A DNA stretch of 38,642 nt from a virus (lineage: Duplodnaviria; Caudoviricetes), in IMG/VR virus record IMGVR_UViG_3300025087_001385, positions 1 to 38,642 of that record. The stretch is one strand, 5' to 3'. The translations under genes and the position numbers were made by a program. Of the stretch, positions 17,005-24,808 are shown in pieces. Every line of letters begins with the position of its first letter. Position 1 is the first letter of the stretch. A model generated the notes under the pieces. The model was not told the DNA's origin and ran no database searches. It saw nothing but the letters and a program-made list of their open reading frames with translations.

Positions 17005-17557
17005 GCTTTTTGATTATTACCTGAAGGTCGGAAACCACATTCCAAAAATGAATAGCCTGATACGCTATTGCGTCTTGAGCCTTGCCGGTATTTTCTTCCA
17101 TTAGAGCATGGTTAGCACTGACTAATTCAAAATCGCATATTAGAGGATAGTGTGTAAGTTTGTTTACCTTCCGCCACTCTTTACTCAAATAAAAATAAGT
17201 CGGCTCCCCTATTGAACGCATGTGTGTAGGGTCTTGTATGGCCCGTACAGATGTAAAATAGGGAGTAACGAACCTTGCGGTCCCCCCAGGGCGCAATATC
17301 CTCCACAGCTCGTTAAAGAAGTCAAAGAAGGGATCGTTGTAACCATCACCGTGTGGTATGTGTTCCAGGAAGTGAGAGCTAAACACCTCCTTAATTGAAT
17401 TATCTTTGAATGGCCAGGGCAACTTTAATAGATTCCACTCGATATCAGCTTGGGTTCCATCTTTGACCAAATCCACCCCGGTAAAGCCTGGTTGTAGATT
17501 GTTTCCGCAGGCCAAATCTAGCTTCTTGGGGTCTTTTTTAATCTCTTTCTTTTTCAT
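16991..17557 (-). CDS. class I SAM-dependent methyltransferase
   Basis: LDLACG, GVD, SSHFLEHI, ELWRILRPGG and DPTH motifs. Confidence 0.88.
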   Translation of the reverse strand: MKKKEIKKDPKKLDLACGNNLQPGFTGVDLVKDGTQADIEWNLLKLPWPFKDNSIKEVFSSHFLEHIPHGDGYNDPFFDFFNELWRILRPGGTARFVTPYFTSVRAIQDPTHMRSIGEPTYFYLSKEWRKVNKLTHYPLICDFELVSANHALMEENTGKAQDAIAYQAIHFWNVVSDLQVIIKKLKPK

Positions 17558-17928
17558 AATTTATAAACCAGGAATGTTTCCCTGGTTTCGTCTGGCTGGT
17601 GATCCTTGAATAATGGCTGGCCGTAGGTGATTACCAACCCACGCCAGTTATCTTTTTTGAGTTTTTTTCCCAATTCTTGCCCACCATCATCATTTGTATT
17701 CATGTACAGGATTTCATACCCAGATAAGTCTTCATCGAAAAAGTCCTTTGGACTGGTGGTGTATTTGGGGTCTATCTCAATTCCATCAGCCTTAGAGGCA
17801 AATTCCGACATTTCTTTCATCCAGGCTCCGTCCCCACTTCCCAGATCACAAATCACTCTATCTTTAATCAGACTTGCTACCAACAAGACTTTTTCGGGTG
17901 GGGTGGGTGAAAAGTCCTCAAATTTCAT
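17554..17928 (-). CDS. minimal SAM-dependent methyltransferase-like protein
   Basis: ICDLGSGDG, GIEID and DFF motifs; only 124 aa. Confidence 0.72.
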   Translation of the reverse strand: MKFEDFSPTPPEKVLLVASLIKDRVICDLGSGDGAWMKEMSEFASKADGIEIDPKYTTSPKDFFDEDLSGYEILYMNTNDDGGQELGKKLKKDNWRGLVITYGQPLFKDHQPDETRETFLVYKL

Positions 17929-18212
17929 GGTTCTTCGACAACATCCACCTTATCGTGGGAGATGTAATACTTTTCGCAGTACTGACACCTAAGCGTGATT
18001 AGCTTCCTTAATATGTCAGTCTTTTGTTTGTTTAATTGCCATATTTCAAATTCTCCCCCTCGGCCCGTGGGCACTTTCAGGCTTTCGGGTATTCCGCTTC
18101 CCCCGTCCGAACCATAACAATGTCCCGCGGGGTGGGTGCAATTGCCATCCCAAGCCACCATGTCTATAATTGAGTCAAAATCGAGAACACTTAATGGTAA
18201 CAAAATCGGCAT
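17925..18212 (-). CDS. hypothetical Cys/His-containing protein
   Basis: Tightly packed in the minus-strand operon; CTHPAGHC and CQYC. Confidence 0.6.
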   Translation of the reverse strand: MPILLPLSVLDFDSIIDMVAWDGNCTHPAGHCYGSDGGSGIPESLKVPTGRGGEFEIWQLNKQKTDILRKLITLRCQYCEKYYISHDKVDVVEEP

Positions 18213-18213
18213 A

Positions 18214-19041
18214 TTAGTAGATAACTCCCGACTTAAAATCTAAGTGCCCCAATTTTACACGGGTGTCTACTGCGCATCGATAGCCCAATTCCCTAAACTT
18301 CTCAAAAAAGGAGAGGTCTTGAGTATAAAGAGCCGGCCCCTGTTCTTTGTGGGCATTTACGGTCTCAAACCAGGGCTTTTTGATTCTTTTGTCTCTAAAC
18401 AATTCAGTTTTGAATAGTGTAAATCCCATTCCCATTCCATTACACTCCACAATATCTCCGGGTTTCCAATCCATCCTTACCTTAAACATTCCAGCTGGTG
18501 CTTTTCTGCCTTCTTTGGGATCACCATAAATCAGGGGCATAGAGGGGGTTCCTTTTGTCCAATAAAGCCCCCCCACAGCATCAAAACCTTTCTCCATCGT
18601 CTCATAAAGCATTATCATCGGGCCTTGAGTGTTGGGAATGAACGGAATTATATTGTCGTACTCGATGGTTAGAATATACTTAAAGTTCTTCAAGGAATCG
18701 TTGGATAGAACCATCTCAATCGTGCGGTTGTAAGCATCTCCAACTTCATACCCGGAAGGCATCATCTCTATTACTGGGACATTCATGGGTCGAACCAGGC
18801 GTTTATACGCTTCCACAAAGATTGGGTGAAGACCAGAAAAAGACCAAGCCTCATATTCATTTAAAGTTTTGCATTTTTTACAATTTAGGTGTTTCTTTTC
18901 TGTTTTGGGGCCGGGGATGGGAATAATGATTACAGTAGACAGGTCTTTGAACGTCTTTCCTTGGGGTAGTACTCTAAACGATTCTCTAAATTTGGCTTGT
19001 TCCAAAAGCTTGTCTACAGTCTTGACCGGTATCTTAGACAC
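18214..19041 (-). CDS. GT-A fold (GT2-like) glycosyltransferase
   Basis: AYNRTI...YILTIEYDNI (DxD variant), VGGLY, GMGFTLFK, PWF, QDLSFF and DTRVKLGH motifs. Confidence 0.75.
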   Translation of the reverse strand: MSKIPVKTVDKLLEQAKFRESFRVLPQGKTFKDLSTVIIIPIPGPKTEKKHLNCKKCKTLNEYEAWSFSGLHPIFVEAYKRLVRPMNVPVIEMMPSGYEVGDAYNRTIEMVLSNDSLKNFKYILTIEYDNIIPFIPNTQGPMIMLYETMEKGFDAVGGLYWTKGTPSMPLIYGDPKEGRKAPAGMFKVRMDWKPGDIVECNGMGMGFTLFKTELFRDKRIKKPWFETVNAHKEQGPALYTQDLSFFEKFRELGYRCAVDTRVKLGHLDFKSGVIY

Positions 19042-19047
19042 GAGACA

Positions 19048-19056
19048 AGTATATCA
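19048..19056 (-). promoter_or_regulatory. extended -10 promoter, leaderless, for the inverted island
   Basis: TGATATACT on the minus strand, 6 nt before the GTG at 19041; no SD. Confidence 0.65.
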
Positions 19057-19083
19057 TGGCGCAATTTGCTTGGTGTTGGCATG

Positions 19084-19137
19084 TGATATAATATATTCAG
19101 AGCCATTGAGAGGGCGCTTTAAAGAGCGCCTCTTTTT
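19084..19137 (+). promoter_or_regulatory. TATAAT-ATTGAGA-hairpin-U-tract element, copy 2 (before scaffold/capsid)
   Basis: TGATATAAT 19084-19092; ATTGAGA 19105-19111; stem GGCGCT/AGCGCC; TCTTTTT; ATG 19138. Confidence 0.8.
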
Positions 19138-19193
19138 ATGCCTTCACTACATTAATTCCTAGTGAACAGACGAGAGGGGGTGAACAATCAATT

Positions 19194-19925
19194 ATGCCAG
19201 ACGATTTTTTTAATAAGCAGGATCCTAAAGTGGACGACACAACACCAACCCCAGTAAAAATAGGCGAAAAGGAATACTCCCAGGAGGAGCTAACTAAGTT
19301 GGTTGGTTTGGGCGAGACGGCGCAGGAATACGAGACCAAGTGGAATAGGCCAATCAAAGACTTTTATCCAGACTATACCCAAAAGTCCCAGAAACTGGCC
19401 GATTTTGAGAGGCAGCAGGCTGAACAAGCAAGACTTTTGGAAGAGCAAAAACAGAAGGACTTGAACGAAAAGGCTCAAAAAGGTCAGGATTTGTCACCCG
19501 AAGAGGCTAGACAAATGGCTCGTAAACAGGCCCAGGATTTGGGAATAGTAACCGACGATCAACTTGATGGCGAGGTCAATCGAAGGGTAGCCAACGCTTT
19601 AGCAGCCAAAGAATTGATAGAAGATGTCAAAAGCGTCTTAGGCGAAGCCAAAGAAAAGGGTCAACCGCAAGCCACCCCTGAAGACCTATTGAAGTACATG
19701 GATGAAAATGGAGTAAAGAGTCCAGAAAAAGCCTACAAACTCATGTATGAGGGTGAGATTGACAAGTGGAAAGAGGAACAATTAAAGAAGATTAAACCCA
19801 GTGGATTTATAACCCAGGACAATCCAACAGCGGGAGCTAAAGCTCCCCCACCCCCACAACCTCTCACCAGAGAAAACCTTGGCCAGGCTATTCGTGATTC
19901 GTTAACTCGCAGCCAGGGGGTCTAA
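19194..19925 (+). CDS. capsid scaffolding protein (probable)
   Basis: Charged, coiled-coil-like, with a DYTQKSQKLA motif; directly before the capsid gene; GGGGGTGA SD. Confidence 0.8.
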   Translation: MPDDFFNKQDPKVDDTTPTPVKIGEKEYSQEELTKLVGLGETAQEYETKWNRPIKDFYPDYTQKSQKLADFERQQAEQARLLEEQKQKDLNEKAQKGQDLSPEEARQMARKQAQDLGIVTDDQLDGEVNRRVANALAAKELIEDVKSVLGEAKEKGQPQATPEDLLKYMDENGVKSPEKAYKLMYEGEIDKWKEEQLKKIKPSGFITQDNPTAGAKAPPPPQPLTRENLGQAIRDSLTRSQGV

Positions 19926-20005
19926 ATATATGTCTTACTTGCCGTTTGGGATTAATTACGACGTTACAGCGTACCCAAATTAGGCAGAGGGGTGGTGAAT
20001 AATAA

Positions 20006-21289
20006 ATGGCTAACTTATTAATTTCGGATATAACAGCAACCTTGAAAGAGGTTATGTTGCCTTATGTTCGGGATAACTTTCCCAAAAAGACCATTCTTCT
20101 CGACCAGCTGAAACGCGATAGCGAATCGATGGTTATGAATGATGAGTTTTTGGCTCCGGTTTACACAACTCGACACGGTGGAGTGGCTAACTTGGCTAAT
20201 GACGGTGGAACTGTCATTTCTTCAGGTGGTCGTGATACCTCTCGGGCGACTGTTTCAGTCGAAATAATAACCGGCGCTTTGAATATCTCGAAGTTGGCAA
20301 TCGATGCGTCCAAAAGCAATACTCTCGCAGTTCAAAACACACTACAAGCTCAATCTGAAAAACTCTCTAACGATTTCGCTAGACATGTGAACAGACAGCT
20401 GTACGGTGGAGGCGATGGTGTGGTTTCCAAGGTGCGCACGACCGGTGGTTCAGTCGGAACAGGTACGATCGCTGTTGAAGCAATCGCATCTGCCGAGGCT
20501 GGATACGGTACAATCGACGACGGTCGGGCTTTAGATTACTACGGAACTATTAACGGAGATATTTCTCCTACTAAATACTTCGCAGTAGATCAGGTGGTTG
20601 GTGTGGGTACAGCAGCCGCGGCAATTGGTACTCTTACGGGAGTAACTGGTACTTCTATTGTCTCCGGCGCTCCTACAGCAATCGTGACGGCGGCAGATGA
20701 TTCTATCTACATCGTTGACGGTGGAGGCGCAGGTGCGGGTACTTCAGAACTTCTGGGTATTCGTGCGGCTCTTTCCTCAACAACGGGTACAAGCACATAT
20801 GCAGGTCTAGCTCGCAACACTGTAGGTTGGACTCCAAGTTTCGGTTCTATCAGTGAGGCACTCTCACTCGCAAGACTAGAAACAATGGATGGCGACGTAC
20901 AGGAATACGCCGATCAGAACGACAAATACATCATCTTGGTCAACAAGACTCTCAATAGAAAATATGGGGATCTCTTGACTGCCATGAGAAGGACTGTCAA
21001 TAAAGCAGATCTTCTCGGCGGATGGATGGGTTTAGAGTTCGCGGCAGGCGGAAATGTTGTCGGTGTCTTTAGGGACTATGACGTTCCGGATGGTGAGGTT
21101 CTCTTAATCAACCTCTCTACCTGGAAAATCTGTCAGGTCTCCGATGTCAGCTGGATGGAGGATCCATCGGGCGGAGGTCTTCTGCGTTTGCAGAACACCC
21201 TTCAATATCAGGCAGTAATGCACTGGTTTGTAAACGTCCTTTGTCTTGCCCCAGCGGCAAATGGAAAGCAGACTCGTAAGTCTGCGTAA
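20006..21289 (+). CDS. major capsid protein
   Basis: 427 aa after the scaffold; RQLYGGGDG, ELLGIRAAL...YAGLAR...W and DYDVP...LINLSTW segments fit HK97-fold capsids; carries a G/T/A-rich central insertion. Confidence 0.8.
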   Translation: MANLLISDITATLKEVMLPYVRDNFPKKTILLDQLKRDSESMVMNDEFLAPVYTTRHGGVANLANDGGTVISSGGRDTSRATVSVEIITGALNISKLAIDASKSNTLAVQNTLQAQSEKLSNDFARHVNRQLYGGGDGVVSKVRTTGGSVGTGTIAVEAIASAEAGYGTIDDGRALDYYGTINGDISPTKYFAVDQVVGVGTAAAAIGTLTGVTGTSIVSGAPTAIVTAADDSIYIVDGGGAGAGTSELLGIRAALSSTTGTSTYAGLARNTVGWTPSFGSISEALSLARLETMDGDVQEYADQNDKYIILVNKTLNRKYGDLLTAMRRTVNKADLLGGWMGLEFAAGGNVVGVFRDYDVPDGEVLLINLSTWKICQVSDVSWMEDPSGGGLLRLQNTLQYQAVMHWFVNVLCLAPAANGKQTRKSA

Positions 21290-21295
21290 CGCTTT

Positions 21296-21395
21296 TGGAT
21301 GGTTTGTGCGTTGATAAGGTGCGCGCGCATCAACAAACCATCTATGGGGAGCGTGGTTAGACCACTTGGCGAGTTCGAGGCTCGCCCTCCCGCAT
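21296..21395 (+). ncRNA. structured intergenic RNA: long hairpin plus tRNA-like mini-domain
   Basis: Hairpin 21296-21344; then a GGGAG/CTCCC closing stem containing GTGG-TTAGA-CCAC and GGCGAG-TTCGAGG-CTCGCC. Confidence 0.5.
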
Positions 21396-21765
21396 GGCAA
21401 AGAAAACCACAATTTCACCTAAGGACTTTAAATTCTTAGAGCAGAAACCCTATGGTGATCCGGGATTTTCTCCCGAGCACAACGCCCGCGTAATAGCGGA
21501 GGTTGACGCGTGGAATGACAAACAAGACCGTCAGAGAGAAAGGGATTACAAGTTTAAGTTATCAGAAAGAACCGGAGCTGTTGCCCAATACCTAAAGAAT
21601 GTGTCTCAAGGCAAGGGGGTATCTACCGTTGAACAATACTTTGGCAGGCGGCACCTCGCCTACTTAAGGGGAGAAGAGATTGTTAAACAACTTAAAGCTA
21701 ACCCTGCCTTGGTCGAGAAGTTGAAAAATAAGATGGCTAATCAGGGCCAATTAATGCCCCTATAA
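21394..21765 (+). CDS. hypothetical protein
   Basis: 123-aa ORF after the capsid gene; no recognised motif. Confidence 0.7.
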   Translation: MAKKTTISPKDFKFLEQKPYGDPGFSPEHNARVIAEVDAWNDKQDRQRERDYKFKLSERTGAVAQYLKNVSQGKGVSTVEQYFGRRHLAYLRGEEIVKQLKANPALVEKLKNKMANQGQLMPL

Positions 21766-21772
21766 TAAATAT

Positions 21773-21916
21773 GTGGGAAGGAATAAAAACAATTCAAGAA
21801 GAAGAAAATATGGGAGGCTATCTCTCGATGAGTTGGGGAGGATCATTCAGCTTTCTCCGACACAAAAAATTGTCATGCTTCGCTATATCAAAAAGAAGTA
21901 TGGGGATAGGGGGTGA
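21773..21916 (+). CDS. possible small basic protein, 47 aa (MGRNKNNSRRRKYGRLSLDELGRII...)
   Basis: GTG 6 nt after TATAAT (21761-21766); fills the gap. An alternative frame, 21771-21929, is also open. Confidence 0.4.
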   Translation: MGRNKNNSRRRKYGRLSLDELGRIIQLSPTQKIVMLRYIKKKYGDRG

Positions 21917-21925
21917 GGTATATTT

Positions 21926-22954
21926 ATGAGAGATTCTTTTAGAAATTTTACAACCTACAAGATTGATCCTTTGTCCGAAATCCGCAATGCGGGTATTGTG
22001 ACAAATGGTGAGGTTTTTTGGGTTTCTTCTGAAAACGATTCTGATCACAGGGAAAGAACTGATCTTTTGGGTAATTCCGTTGTTAAACTTACCCTTCAGG
22101 CGGCAACTGATGCTGCGGAAGATAATGGGAATGACTATATTTTAGTTGTTCCGACTGATGGTGGAACTGCTCGGAGATTGGGGACGGCTTGGGATCTGAA
22201 CAAAGATCGAGTTCACGTGTTGGGTTTGGGGTCTAAGCCCGGGGTTTTGACCTACAATGGTCTAACTTTTGATGGCTTTGCTTCGGCAACTGTGAATGAC
22301 ACTGAATTGGTCCTGGTATCTGGTGCTGGTTGCGAAATCGGCGGCCTAAAGTTCTTCGGAACTTCAGGGACCGCTGCGACTGGTACTATCACTGCTACCT
22401 TTAGGGCTGGGACGGCCTCTTCTGGCACGCCGCATGATTTGTGGTTACACGATGTATCCATCGAAAACAACAACGCTGCGGCAGCTGGTGGAACGGCGCC
22501 CATATTTGAGTTGGCGGGTGATGTAGCTACTGGTATTCGCGGCTTGAGACTAGATCGTTGCTGGATCGGAAACTTCTCTTGGGCTCCAACCCCGCTGGTC
22601 AATTTGGCTGGGACGGCTGGACCCTCTAGGGCGGAATTCCATGACAGCGTGTTCGTTATGGACGCACAGGCTACAACTGATGCGTTCTTCACCGGTGGTA
22701 CGGGAAATATTGAGTACATGCTTTTCAAAAATTGCAGCTTCATTAACGTGGAGTCCGGCACTTTGAACGCCTCCGTATACAGCGGAGCAGCGGGAGCAGA
22801 CACTCCGGTTCTCTTCCAGAACTGCGCGGCGGTAAACGTCACACAAATGGGAAGTGGAGCCAGTATGTACAAGAATAATGTGTTTTCGGGAACGGCCGCG
22901 GGCGTGAGGGACATTGGTTTAAGTGTGGGCACAGCTGCTATAATCTCCGCTTGA
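21926..22954 (+). CDS. right-handed beta-helix virion protein (pectin-lyase-like)
   Basis: NDYILV, VHVLGLG, CEIGGLKF, LRLDRCWI, FKNCSF and FQNC rung-like repeats; G/T/A-rich. Confidence 0.65.
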   Translation: MRDSFRNFTTYKIDPLSEIRNAGIVTNGEVFWVSSENDSDHRERTDLLGNSVVKLTLQAATDAAEDNGNDYILVVPTDGGTARRLGTAWDLNKDRVHVLGLGSKPGVLTYNGLTFDGFASATVNDTELVLVSGAGCEIGGLKFFGTSGTAATGTITATFRAGTASSGTPHDLWLHDVSIENNNAAAAGGTAPIFELAGDVATGIRGLRLDRCWIGNFSWAPTPLVNLAGTAGPSRAEFHDSVFVMDAQATTDAFFTGGTGNIEYMLFKNCSFINVESGTLNASVYSGAAGADTPVLFQNCAAVNVTQMGSGASMYKNNVFSGTAAGVRDIGLSVGTAAIISA

Positions 22955-22980
22955 CAACGGACATTGATAGTAGTGGCATT

Positions 22981-23005
22981 AGGGTGTAGGCAACTACACC
23001 CTTTT
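22981..23005 (+). terminator. intrinsic terminator
   Basis: Perfect 9-bp stem AGGGTGTAG/CTACACCCT with a GCAA tetraloop and T-run. Confidence 0.75.
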
Positions 23006-23070
23006 GCATGGCTAATACCATTCTCCATTAACGGAGTTCAAGAGGGGCGAAAACAGTCGGAAGGGAACTG

Positions 23071-23097
23071 TGTTATAATTTCACAATAGTCTTGAGA
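23071..23097 (+). promoter_or_regulatory. extended -10 promoter with hairpin-less TTGAGA variant
   Basis: TGTTATAAT 23071-23079; CTTGAGA 23091-23097; ATG 23103. Confidence 0.55.
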
Positions 23098-23102
23098 AAA
23101 CT

Positions 23103-23774
23103 ATGAATCCACCTGACGATTTAAGAGCAATATTCTTCTACGGAGAACTGGAACACAACTGGATCGGACACCAGATGGTCGATATTTATCACGATAGGAT
23201 ATTCCAGACATTTCTACCCCTAATTAAAGAAGGCACCCTGGAATTGGATATCGGGGCGAACATTGGTCTGGTAAGTATGTTTCTTTCCCATGCTTTTGAA
23301 AGAGTCATATCATTAGAACCTTCATGGGAGCACTTCGACGCTCTAAACCGAAATCTCCAGGTAAATAAAATAACTAACGTCAAGCCTATTAGGAAGGCGA
23401 TCTATATAGAAAACCGGGAAATGTCATTTGGGGGGCCAGTAGACAACAAAACCATGCGCAGTCTGCATATGAGTACCTGGCCGGGGGGAAAGAATAGTGA
23501 AGTAGTAGAAGCCATCACCCTAGATAAACTTTTTGAAGATGAGAAGATAGAGCGGGTACATTTTATGAAACTAGATATAGAAGGAACGGAAACAGAGATA
23601 TTTTCTTCGGAGGGATTCCAGAAGGTAGCTCCCAAGATTGACACAATTCTCTACGAAACACACAAATGGAGCGGCAGGAATCCAAACCAAATTAAAGATG
23701 CTCTAAAAACTAATGGCTTTGAAATAACCGGTTTTCAACACGACCCAGAAATTTTTTGTGCTAGACGAAAATGA
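23103..23774 (+). CDS. FkbM-family methyltransferase
   Basis: LDIGANIG, SLEP, ITLD and FMKLDIEGTE motifs. Confidence 0.9.
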   Translation: MNPPDDLRAIFFYGELEHNWIGHQMVDIYHDRIFQTFLPLIKEGTLELDIGANIGLVSMFLSHAFERVISLEPSWEHFDALNRNLQVNKITNVKPIRKAIYIENREMSFGGPVDNKTMRSLHMSTWPGGKNSEVVEAITLDKLFEDEKIERVHFMKLDIEGTETEIFSSEGFQKVAPKIDTILYETHKWSGRNPNQIKDALKTNGFEITGFQHDPEIFCARRK

Positions 23775-24523
23775 ACCGCCTAACTTTCAAACACCCCAAG
23801 ATTAACGACGATAAAGAAACATTCTTTTTTACGGCGGCCAGTAAAGAAAACACCGAAGTCCAAATAGCTGAAGTTTTGGTGGGCGAACACTACAAAAGGG
23901 GAATGGTGAAAAAGGACATGACCATTATTGACTGCGGGGCCAACATAGGCTTGGCCTCAATTTTCTTTAAGGATTGGGCCAAGGTAATCTATGCACTCGA
24001 GCCAAGTTCCCATAATTATGAATGTCTATTGAAAAACATAGAACTATACCCAAACATAAAACCGTTTCAGGTTGGATTGGCAGCGAGGACTAACTTTGAA
24101 TGGCTAAGAACCAACAACGACGATCCCATAGCCGAGTCTCTTTTTGGAAGTGGCCCCCCGATTGAGCAAGTTAGACTTCTTTCTATAGAAGATTTTGTGA
24201 ATGAACAAAAAATAGAACATGTGGATTTACTCAAAATGGATACAGAGGGTGCCGAATACATCGTCTTTCCAAGTCAGGCGTTTGGAAAGGTCGCTCACAA
24301 AATAGATTATATTGTTGGAGAGGCGCATTATTTTGGGACATTAATACCTGAATATATCCCCATGATACTAGCTGATCAGGGATTTGATCTTGAGTGGCTA
24401 CCAATAAACAACATGTGGTTGTCTTTCAACTGGGACGAGGGAGACAAAAAACAGTATAGAGTAGACAAAAACACATTATTTTTTGCTAAAAGAAAGGAGC
24501 TGGAATGGCCAAAACAAACTTAA
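23771..24523 (+). CDS. FkbM-family methyltransferase
   Basis: IDCGANIG, ALEP and LLKMDTEGAE motifs. Confidence 0.9.
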   Translation: MNRLTFKHPKINDDKETFFFTAASKENTEVQIAEVLVGEHYKRGMVKKDMTIIDCGANIGLASIFFKDWAKVIYALEPSSHNYECLLKNIELYPNIKPFQVGLAARTNFEWLRTNNDDPIAESLFGSGPPIEQVRLLSIEDFVNEQKIEHVDLLKMDTEGAEYIVFPSQAFGKVAHKIDYIVGEAHYFGTLIPEYIPMILADQGFDLEWLPINNMWLSFNWDEGDKKQYRVDKNTLFFAKRKELEWPKQT

Positions 24524-24807
24524 AGCCCCTTATGGGATATGTATTAGTTGAATCTATGGATGAAGAGGAATTGACGGCCAGTGGCCTCGCCTTGCCAGAA
24601 AAAGCCAAAGAGAAGCCGTCAAAAGGTCGAGTTGTGGCCATTGGGGCTCCGATTATTCATTATGAGGTGTTTGGAGAAATGGAAACTTGTTCGGTGGGAC
24701 CGGGAGACATTGTTATTCACCACAAATGGGCGGGCCAGGACGTCAAAGAAGGACAAAAAGAATATAGATTGGTTAAATTCGCGGATTTGATGGCGGTTTA
24801 CGAATAA
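24505..24807 (+). CDS. groES: co-chaperonin GroES
   Basis: LKPLMGYVLVE...TASGLALPEKAKEKP..GRVVAIG...VGPGDIV...DLMAV. Confidence 0.95.
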   Translation: MAKTNLKPLMGYVLVESMDEEELTASGLALPEKAKEKPSKGRVVAIGAPIIHYEVFGEMETCSVGPGDIVIHHKWAGQDVKEGQKEYRLVKFADLMAVYE

Positions 24808-24808
24808 A

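Noticed and set aside
16991-17928. DNA methyltransferases or a restriction-modification system
   Set aside because: No DPPY/NPPY or PC catalytic motifs; the proteins resemble small-molecule or glycan methyltransferases.
21344-21395. Functional tRNA gene
   Set aside because: Only about 50 nt, with no anticodon arm and no CCA end; kept as a tRNA-like element.
22252-23028. 258-aa minus-strand ORF
   Set aside because: Antisense shadow of the G/T/A-rich gene at 21926; no independent motifs.
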